From: Psilocybe cubensis
Taxonomy: Eukaryota
NCBI GenBank assembly: GCA_017499595.2
Contig: CM039000.1
Span: forward strand, 3,906,001 to 3,970,000
Direction of reading: 5' to 3'
Length of the DNA stretch: 64,000 nt
The first letter of the stretch is position 1. Every line of letters begins with the position of its first letter. This document shows, piece after piece, positions 54,165 through 64,000 of the stretch. Below the pieces are notes generated by a model that was not told where the DNA came from, ran no database searches, and was given only the letters and a program-made list of their open reading frames with translations. The translations under genes were made by a program, and so were the position numbers.

Positions 54165-55225
54165 TTATAAATTAGAAGTAGACCACACTTTGCGTTGAAA
54201 GTCTAGTATGATAGGGATAAAATCGAACAAACCAAAGTCAGGCCAATACACAGACGAAAACTGTAGCTGGGTATCTTCACAGCACTAATAAGATTGTCAA
54301 CGTAGGAATGCTGCGAAACCACAGATAGTTACCTGCCAAAGCAAATAATCACTCAAACGTTTGACCCCACTTGTTCTAATCAATATGTCTAGTGGAGGAC
54401 TGTCGCCCAAGGATGTCATCATTTGGCGATCGATGTCTTGTTCTGTGATGATTCTGGAAAGATCCAATGATTATTACTAGCAGCAGCAGCGAACCAAAAG
54501 GACGGCATACATCTCTTTGGAACCAGCCAAAATCGAATCGCGAACACAAGATTCCACCGCCGTTGTCATTTCGTCGCGGGACGTGTAAGGCATGCAGAGA
54601 TTGAATATAGCTCTTGAAAGGCTTTAGAGTTTGTTCAAAGCAGAAGTAATCTAAGCATCTAAAAACACACCGTTTATTGTGTCTCGTCATGTCCTCTGCC
54701 TTTCGGGCTGCCTGTTGCACTGACTCCGGCAGGAGTTTAGTATTTCCAATCACATTAAGCCGCACGCCATATTGATCCAGTAGTTCACTGACAATTTGAA
54801 AGGGTGAGCTCCATAGAAGAAAAGACGTGGAAATGGCTTACCCGTGACTGCAAAGTTCCAATAACTTTGCTTCCGCAAGAGTCATCAACGCGCTGACTTC
54901 CTCTTCCGACCGCTTGAAATTTTCGATGGAGAATGCGTACGCCGACACACATTTGATGTTTAATCGCATACATACTTCTAACATCTGCATTGTATGCTTT
55001 AACCCCTTTATATGCCAGAGCACAGGTCATGAGACTCACCCTTCGCAAAGTCACAAACCCATCACTATGACCTTCTGGGACTGCCTTTCTATTCTTCCGA
55101 GCATACCGTCGATTCCCATCCATAACGAAGGCGACATGTCGAGGAATTGGACCAGCCGCAAGGATTTTGAGGAGGACATTACGCGCTTTAGTCGCGATCC
55201 ACGACCAGCCACGTTGCAGCACCAT
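54165..55225 (-). CDS. RER2: cis-prenyltransferase (dehydrodolichyl diphosphate synthase catalytic subunit, Rer2/DHDDS-like)
   Basis: [61 protein letters not shown]. Confidence 0.93.
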
Positions 55226-56335
55226 GATAAGCGAAGTAGAAGAAGAAATCGTGGGAATTTATAGCCTCATCCTCAAATTGCGCGTTTCGACTTTGAGCTC
55301 GCATATCATATTAAAACTTAGTTGTCCTATTATGCATGCTATTTATCTTCTCTTTTTGAAAGATAAACTATTAATCATATTTGACATGCTCAGTTTTGAC
55401 TTTGTGAGACAATTCTGACACCTAATTCCAGCAATTTTGGAGCTCAACTTTGGCTGAACTGTCGACAAGAAATGAATTGGTATTTGGGATCTTTTTGGTC
55501 TCATCATATTCACCAAGGGGACAAAGTAGTAGAGCTTGTAGATGAGGCCTCTGAGATGTCCCCCTTTCAAACTTCAAACTTCAAGCTTCAAGCTTCAAGT
55601 CCCAGTCCTCAGGCTGTTCAACACACCACCCCCAGTGCCTACTTCTTAGGTCTTTGTTTAGTTCCATAGCTCATTTTTTGTTCCCCTACCCTTACCACTT
55701 CCCAATTCATCCTTCCATTTGACTCTTTCTGTTCTTTTTTCTCTGTTTCTTCCTCGTTTACATTGTGCCACTTTCTTTCTGCAGTCTCGTTCCATATTAC
55801 ATATAGAACAGCTGCCGATCCCTTCCACACACGTCCCCAGCACTTTCCTCACTTATCCACGGCAAATTGTGTATGTCCATCTGGTGTGGTCCACGCAAAT
55901 TTGAGATGAACTTCGAATAAAGCTACACATATATATCCTGATGATACACCCTTCTATGGGTCGCTTAATCGATAGTTTCTACAGTGATACATCTGTTAGT
56001 AGGTATACAACGAAAAATGATACAGAACGAAATATAAATCCCGGCGAGTGAGTGGTGGACGGAAAAAAAAAAGAAGAGGGGGGCATGTGTATCAGGTTTG
56101 AAGTGGTATATCGCGTAGGGAATATAATTTGTCGGGCCAGAACTTGGTTAAAAGCATAGGTTAGTCCATAGGGCAACATAGAACACCAAAAAAGAGAGAG
56201 AAGAAAAGAATCTATTGTTGAAACCGAAAGACAGGCGATTCGGTGAATTCGTGGAGAGTGTCGGATGAAGGTCGGCCGAGCGGGGAGAGAAAAAGATTAA
56301 TTATGGCGGATTTTTATTCGTCAACGCGGAGGATT

Positions 56336-59300
56336 TCACTCAATTACTTCGAATCTGCTCCTTTTCCCGTCCCGTTCGTCTTCAGGATCATCGAGTGGCC
56401 TTTTCTCTCCCGAAAGAGACATCTGATTAGGGTTCGTGCCACCCATCGACTCCATCATACCCATAAACCCATCACCGTTGACGATGTTCTGCAAAATGAT
56501 GCCATATTGTTCGTCGCTGAGGCCCATACCCGCCAGTGGATTAATTCGGACATCATCGTCCGTCCCATCTCCAAAGAATTGAAAGTTGAACGGTGAAGGA
56601 GCGGATAGAGGACCAGCGGTATCAGAGGTCGAAGGGTTTGAGCTGAACGCAGGCGTGAGCGCGTTGGACGGAGAGCCTCCCTGTTGTTGAAGCATGAAAA
56701 GGTTGTTGGCGGATGCAGTAATCGCCTGCTCGAAATTCGCATCAGACAGCGGGGGTAATCCAACCGATCGAGGTATTTTCGCCATTTGCTGGATGACTTT
56801 GAGATGCATGAGATGTTTCTAAAAGCGATCGTTCAGCGTACGAGCATCAGTCAAGAAACCATGTACGAACCTCAAGCATGTCCAACAAACCCTTCTTAGT
56901 GAATGGTTTAGGGAGGATGTCGTTCATACCCGACGAGTAGTAGGTCATGATTTCATTCGGCTTGGAGTTGCTCGTCATCGAGATGATCGGCGTTCCTTTG
57001 TCGAATTTGCGAATCAGATTCGTAGCTGACACACCGTCGAGTTTGGGCATCACGATGTCCTATTGAAAAGTAAGCATACTTGAAAACGAAAACACAATGA
57101 AGACAAGGCTTACCATTAGCACAAGGTCATATTTCTCCAAATTCATCTTGTTGACTGCCCCAATACCATCCACAGCAACGTCAATCGTACAACCAAAGAC
57201 TTTCAAAAACTTGCTGCTAAGCTTCCTGCTCACAGCATCATCGTCAACGAGGAGGACTCGCGGCGGGACAGCCCATCCCGGCACAAACGTCGACCGCCGC
57301 ACACGAAGTTTTTGAGATTCCGCAGAAGTCGACGACGACGACGATCCCTGACCAGAAGAACCAGCGTCAATCGAGCTGGGCACCGTAGGCTGAACAGTTT
57401 CTTCGTTATCCCCGTTGGCGTATCCTGAATCTGTGCTGCTCCCTTCCGGGAGACCGAGGCCTCCGAGCATCCCACCCATGCTCAGCGTACTCGGATCGAA
57501 GCTCCAGTTGCCTTGAGCGTCTTCAGAATATGCGTTCCGTGGTAAGAGATGGCCGACAGTGTAGACCTGCAACCCTTCGCGGGCCAGTTCAGCTTCAGTA
57601 GCTTCCATGTTCTGGCCGCTGAATCCCGCAACAGGACCAAGGTTAAACGAGGAAGGCATCATCTTGTCCCAGGAAGTGGATGACGACGACGACGACGAAG
57701 CTTGTTGCCGCTGGTCTTGAACATTCGTGCGTCCGTCCGGTAGCAAGTCAGAGGGCCGCAGAGGCTGAGTATTGGCAGAAGGCATGACGTATTCTTCTGG
57801 TGACAGATCCCTGGAGTCGCGACCCTCGTCATCAAGAAACGCTGAGCTATCGCTTCTACTTCTTTGCCCAGACTCTGTCCCAGAAATGTCCTCACCGCCG
57901 GCACCCACGAAGCCTCGCTGATCAGCTGCTTCCATATGACTACCCCCGCTGCCAATCAAGCCTTTCTCGAAGTCTTGTCGTTGTTGTTGCTGCTGATCCT
58001 GACCATCGCCGTAACCCCCACGGTCCATGCGATCAAGCACGTTGACACCGCCTGCCCACCCGCCTTGACTCAGCCGCTCGCGGTGCATCTCGCGGATCTG
58101 CGCCAGTGCGTCCGCGCGATTGAACTTTTGCTGCGGCGACGTCTGCTGCGCCTGCGCCTGCTGCTGGGGCTGCTGCTGAGGCTCCTGTGTCTGAGGAAGC
58201 GGTGGCGGCGGGTGTGGCTGCTGCTGAGCGCGACCGTACTCGGCACTATTCCAGCTCCTCGAAGTATCCTCCGCGACGTTCTGAGGCTGGAAATTGTATC
58301 CGCCTGAAGCCTGCCGCTGTCTACCGCCATCCTCCTGCTGGATAGCGTACTGCTGCAGCTGCTCCCCCGACGTCGACTGCAAAGTCTCGCTGCTACTACT
58401 CCCAGAAGCATACCGCCGCTGGCTCTCGCGCAGCTGCGCCTGCAGTGCCTGGGCAGTGGGCGGCGGGGGCGGTGGCACCTGCGACGGGACAGCGCGGGAG
58501 GAAAGAAGGCCCGAGGGGTTTTGGTTTTGCTGCTGATTCTGCAGGTGCGCTTGGATCTGCTGCTTGAGCAGCTGGTGTGCAGTGGCCTTCATCGAACTCG
58601 AACTGGATCCTGCGGGTGGACCCTGGCTCGGCGAGTACATTGCACCGCTGGGAGATGTCGCACCCCCCGCCATCGGGGATTGGTTGTGCGCATTCTGGCT
58701 CGACGACGATGTCGATGCCTTCAGCTTTCCTGTGAGACAAAAAAAACCAACGAGATTAGCGTTACAATTTCATGCAAGCAGAATGAAGAAGGCAAGAAAG
58801 GAAGGAGGAATTAGGATTGAATCCGTTTCACTGGCATGCATGCAAACATGAAACTAGGGAGGAGAAACCGTTCATCCTCGACGTATGCAGGTCACACCAC
58901 ACAGACCAGGTCCAGACATACGTTAGCCGGCGCTATCCCATCCATGCACCGTGTCAGTCTTTGAGTGAATGCTATTCAATTCAGGGAACGAGGGGCTGGT
59001 GCGTCATTGACGAAATGCGGGGTGTCTTTGTCTCGATGCGTCATTAAACCCGACAAGCGGCAAGGAATAGAGAAAATAAACTACAATACGATAAAAAGGT
59101 TGAATCTGGGCAGCACTAGGCCCAATAAAAGAACGTAAAATACAAAGCCGAGACCCCTCTCGAACTGAAACAGAGAGCGTCAAGGTTCGGAGAAGAAAAG
59201 AAGATGAAAGGGGAAGTGATAGACTTTGGTAAAGCTGTTAACTAAACGGACAATACGTTTTTATACAGTTAAGTGGTGGTCTAGATCGAAGCAATAAATA

Positions 59301-61180
59301 GTATGTGTGCTGCAAGCTAGGGAAGACCGTCAAAGGGTCTGCCATCGCATGAAGAAACACGCAAGACGACAAATGGATAGCGGAACGTTTTGAGAAAATG
59401 GGTGTTGTATAATTACAGTGGGCTCAATGACGGGTATAATATGGATGGGAAATAGAGTCGGTGTTATAAAAAATGAGAATAAAAAAAACGAACAAAATCA
59501 AAAAGGATGAGTTGGGAAGACACCAGAACACCAAGCCCTGACAAAGACGTTTCGTTCCCGAATTCAATAGCATTCACTCAATTCAAGATGCGAGATTGAC
59601 CCAGTCAAAACAGAAGAAAAAAAAACCAAGAAAAGAGACGGCCACCACCACGATACGAAAAAGAAACTGAAAGAGCCACTACTCACCACTCTCGCTTCCC
59701 AAAAAGTAAGCAATGAGACTTTGCATCAAGCCGTCTTGCTGCGCCATTCCCCTCTGGAATCCGACCATCTCCACGAGGACGTTTTCATAATTTCGTTCGA
59801 GATTCCGAATCCTACCGCGCAGGTCCTCACCCTCATCTTTAAGGCGTTGAATTTCGGCCTTAAGCTGGGCCTGGCTGGCCAGTGACGAGGGGGATTCGGA
59901 TCGGTGGTGGTGGTGTTCAGAGGAGAGGGGATAGGGAAGTGACGATGATGAGAGAGGTTGTGCGCCGTACGCCGACGACTGGGAAGGGAGAGCGCCAGTA
60001 GCGGAGATAGAGTTCTGCTGCGCGGCAGGTTTACGCTGAGCGGGAACTTTGCGTTTGATATTTTCGAGGGCATCCCGCCTATCCGCGTGGAAGTCAGGAT
60101 GTCGGAACGTCCAGCTCTGATAGCCATGGCTCAGGCAAAAAGGGTCAAAAGGATAACAGGAAGACCCACGTGTTCCCCGAACTGATTATCGTCGGTGTTC
60201 TTCACCTTGTGGAAGTCGTATTTGTTCAATTGGCGTACAAACGACGCGAAATTGGAGTGTTTGAACATCCGCGGAAGGATTGATTTCGTAAATTCGTTCA
60301 TGTCCTTGAAAGCTACGCGTAAGCCAATGAGAACGGAGTTATTATAAATTCTTACACACCTTGACGACAAAGCAATCTCCCAATGGACCCCAACACACCA
60401 CAGACTGGAAGTTAGGATCTTCAAGCATCCTACCGAAGGGGATGAGAAAAGAAAAATTGGAGAGAATATTAAAACACACTTGTAAAGCTTTTTCACAAAG
60501 TCGCTCGTAGACGGCATGGCGTCTTCTGAGCCTCGAGCAGGAGGTTGTTGAGGACCGGAGGAGCCACTCGCACCCACACTACTTTTATCGTCTTTGTTAT
60601 AAGCCATCGGTTCCTCCCGTTCTCGTTTAAATTGGCGCTGCTGCTGCTGTTGTTGTTGCTGTTGTTGCTGCTGATCGCGCTGCAGGTTGTGGTGTTGCTC
60701 GTGCTGCTGCTGCTGAAATTGATATTGTTCTTGTTCGTAACGCGGCTGTTGCTGCTGGCGCGATGGATGAAGCTCGTCTCTGGAATTTGAGGTGCGATGG
60801 TGATTCGGCCAACCGGTGGGTACGGCGCTGGACGCTGAGGCAGATGTAGGTGGGGTAGTGTGCGTTGGCGAGTTCAAATCGTCGGTATAATATGAGCCGG
60901 AAGGGCCCGCGATAGGGGGGAGAAGGGAGTGGGGGGAATACGAGGAAGACGAGGGAGCGGCTGTTGCGCTGTGATTGTGTAGCTGACCCTGGGAAATTTG
61001 CGGCGGCAGAAGGCTGTAGAGCTGCTGCTGCTGCTGCTGGACAAGGAGACGCTGCTGCTGGAGCTGGAACTGAAGCTGCCTCTGTCGCGCGGATGGAGAA
61101 TTGGAAGAGGTCGAGGTCGTGTTTTCGTTTGAATTTGTAGAATGATTCAGATGATGTTGATTATTTTGGATCTGATCCAT
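56336..61180 (-). CDS. SKN7: HSF-type DNA-binding plus receiver-domain response regulator (Skn7/Prr1-like)
   Basis: HSF domain SDFVKKLYK|MLED...FKHSNFASFVRQLNKYDFHKV, a coiled coil, then receiver RVLLVDDD...DLVLM|DIVMPKLDG...MTS...LPKPF with intact phospho-acceptor Asp. Gln-rich N-terminus and linker; 957-bp intron at 58730-59686. Confidence 0.92.
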
Positions 61181-62703
61181 CGGTCGGGTCTCCCGTGAGC
61201 ACCGCTTTTATGCACGAACTTGTGGCTCCAAAGATACAGCGCGCGTCAGTCTGTCGTTACAGCCGGGGGATAGTTGGTGGACAAAGGTCGAGAGCCCAAC
61301 AGCCCTCATATCTCCTCCTCTCTCTGACTTATTCTCACCTTGCAGATGGGCGAGACCCCTGCCCCGTTCCAGCCAGCTAAAAGGCCCAATGTCTCGACTG
61401 GTCCAGACCCGGCTGTGCCCGGGACATCTTCGTGCCGCTTGTGCCGATCATCCGCTGCAACTGCTCCTAAGCACTTGGTTCACTGCCCTTCGTACTCACG
61501 AATAGTTTCGCGCGATTCTCGGAAAGACCGACACAATGGAGTTGGACAGTGGGTGTCCGCTTGCTCCCCACTGAAAATAACATGTCAGGTACACCATTTT
61601 CTGCCAAACTGGCTGGGCAGGCAGTTCCTGAACTTCTATTCATAATCCGTTTTCGAGAAACGGTGGACGGCGAAGTTGAAACGTGTATCGTATCACGCAA
61701 TAGCAGTTAGGATTTTAGTAGTCTGTGCGTAAAGAAGCAATGAAAATGTGTCAATACACATACCCTCCCGATGCACATGCTCGCCTTGCTTTGAACATCG
61801 TCAGAAATTGTCAAGATCGACAACTATAAAGCTCGACCATACACTTCCTTTACATGCTCATGGTTTCGAGCACTTTAAGAGTCAACCTTCTGGAAATATT
61901 CCATCTCCGTGCACAGTAAAGTCAACTAAAAGGACGTACCTGCAGTCTGAATGAAAATTAAATCCTCGCCCAATTTAAAGCAGATATATGCGCCAAAAAT
62001 CAATCGTACACAGATGCGAGTGATTGTGCGGCACATCATTTACAAAGAGAATTTAGATACTGATTAAATTTCTATCAGTTTCGTATACTCAAAGGCAAAA
62101 CGTAACGGAATAATGCGCATACATCGGGTCCAAGTTGAACCATCATCATACAAAGATCGCATATAAACAACCTCAAAATATATTCACCTTAGCAGAATTG
62201 AGATTAGAAGCTATTCACACAAGCCTAGAGATTGTAACCATGAATCATACCATCTGAATCTTCGCGATCTCTCCGCAATCATATAACTCATGAGCTCCAA
62301 TCAAGCCCCCAATCCGACCAGCATTGAAAGAGGGCTGCTCTGAGGGGATTAATGTAAGGTTTTGGAGGTGTTTCAAAGAAAAAGTAGGATCATTGGGTAG
62401 ATAAAGGGAAGGAAGAAAGAGAAAAAGTCCAGATCACTCTCGATGGTCGCGACTGGACTCTGATAATCGGAGTTCCAATCTCGCGACGCGCCTCATCACG
62501 TGCCTTAATTAGACACGACGCAGCGCGTCGCGATGTTCCAGGCGTGTATATTGATCCGTGGGTTAGAAAACAAACATCAGTCGGTGCGTGAAGATCGATT
62601 GCATTGCCACAATGCCTGCAGCGCAGGGTAAATAATAAATTTAAGACGGTAAAAACTACAAATACATTTTAAAACTGATTTCCTGTTAATACACTGCTTC
62701 GTC

Positions 62704-63901
62704 TTACCCTACTGCCTCTACCCTATTCATAGGGATGTGATATGTAAGTCTATCATTGCCACTGGGATGGGTCGATATGGCCATCTCTGCAGCTCTGTAT
62801 ACGTAGAAAGTTGTCAAGACAATCAAGAATGTTATGAATACAGCGCTTGCTGTAAATGCACCCCGGGACTGCTGGTCGTCCTCGCTGCTTTGTATCCAAG
62901 CTATACAAACAACCGTAATCACGCAGGTCACAGTCCCCCTAATTTATAAGCACGACGATTATTATACACTGCAGGAACCTCGACAGGTACAGTACACACC
63001 ATACCATAGCTGCCACAGGCACTGCCAAGCACGTCCAGAACTCAATGGATTGCATTCGATACGAGCTGTCTTCATGAGAGGCCTATCGGGAGCAAAGCTC
63101 AATCAATAACGGATCCCATCTATCATACGTCTAAGAGCACACCTTTATCCATCTATTCTTGTTTTGGCTAACGATAAACCGATTCCTCATGAATAGAAAT
63201 ATACCACTGCATATTAGCCCAGCTGCTGAAAAGACCGCGGTACAAATCGTGCATGTACGAGCTATAACACAGCTGAGGACACCGTCAATCTGCAGCAAAG
63301 TAATTGAGAGCCTGCGTTGTCGTTGAGACGCACCAGTCAGATTGATTTTATTAATAGACAGATGACTCGGAATTTGACGCACGGTAAAAGCACCGCACAC
63401 CCCAGACGTGCTAGTCTCCATATTGCAACCATCTTTCTGACAACCTTCAGCCATTGGGCGTGATCTGAGTCAAAGTATCCAGTACTCCGCCTCGTGTATT
63501 CACCACTGCCTTTGAAGCACAAGTGGACGTAAAATATGCGATAAATCCCCAACGTGTATGCCATACAGAGGGCGCTAAACAAATATTGTCCGACGCTGAC
63601 TATCCACGTCTCGCGTGTAGCATCTAGGTCCTCACTGTTTTCTCCAAATTTACAATAAGCGTAAATTCAACAATCAAACAGGAAACACTTACGGTGGATA
63701 TGTGTGTGCAATCTGTGTCGATGTTGATGGCATTCCAGACTCCATATCGGACAAAAGAACGGGTTCTCTATGTATTGTAGTGGATTCACTGGCGACAATA
63801 GCCCTCTGAGGGGGAGGTAATTGAATATCTGATGATAAAGGATGGATATCAGTGTAGGCTCTAGTCAATAATGACCTCGGTCGGTGAATGCTCTGTGGCA
63901 T
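62704..63901 (-). CDS. Hypothetical multi-pass membrane protein
   Basis: Successive minus-strand exon-like ORFs with hydrophobic stretches, separated by ~55-bp GT-AG introns. No recognisable catalytic motif. Confidence 0.65.
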
Positions 63902-64000
63902 TCCATGCGTTCATACACGGTGCTTGCTACCATGCCCATACTGGGCGCTTTTATAGTTCATCTGAGGTGCCTACTCGCAAGATATGCAATCATCTTCCAG

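Noticed and set aside
50441..55225. ABC transporter and prenyltransferase as pheromone export and farnesylation machinery
   Set aside because: Ste6-type exporters have two nucleotide-binding domains, and this prenyltransferase is the dolichol-pathway cis type, not a protein farnesyltransferase.

Overview
Eukaryotic fungal DNA with short GT-AG introns. The gene content points to a mushroom-forming basidiomycete (Agaricomycetes, probably Agaricales); the species cannot be determined from the sequence. Left end: a beta-lactamase-family serine hydrolase (cut by the window edge), an alpha/beta-hydrolase, and between them a decayed inverted fragment of a STE3 gene. From about 5.2 to 30 kb there is a gene desert with a single recognisable gene, a very low-complexity bHLH transcription factor, which sits in a ~13 kb microsatellite-saturated island. 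Near 29 kb lies an 833-bp non-autonomous TIR transposon with an 8-bp target-site duplication (TSD). From 30 to 39 kb there are three tandem STE3-like pheromone receptor genes with a micro-exon-rich cytochrome P450 inserted among them; I found no CaaX pheromone precursor by eye. Then follow PDA1, a MAPEG/microsomal GST (missed by the ORF track), two paralogous fungal 7TM-like proteins, a ZNF207/BuGZ-like zinc finger, a CACTG MITE nested in a copy of its own family, an ABC half-transporter plus a 3' pseudogene relic, a cis-prenyltransferase (RER2-like), an HSF-receiver response regulator (SKN7-like) and an uncharacterised membrane protein. Exon boundaries were inferred by eye and no database searches were run.
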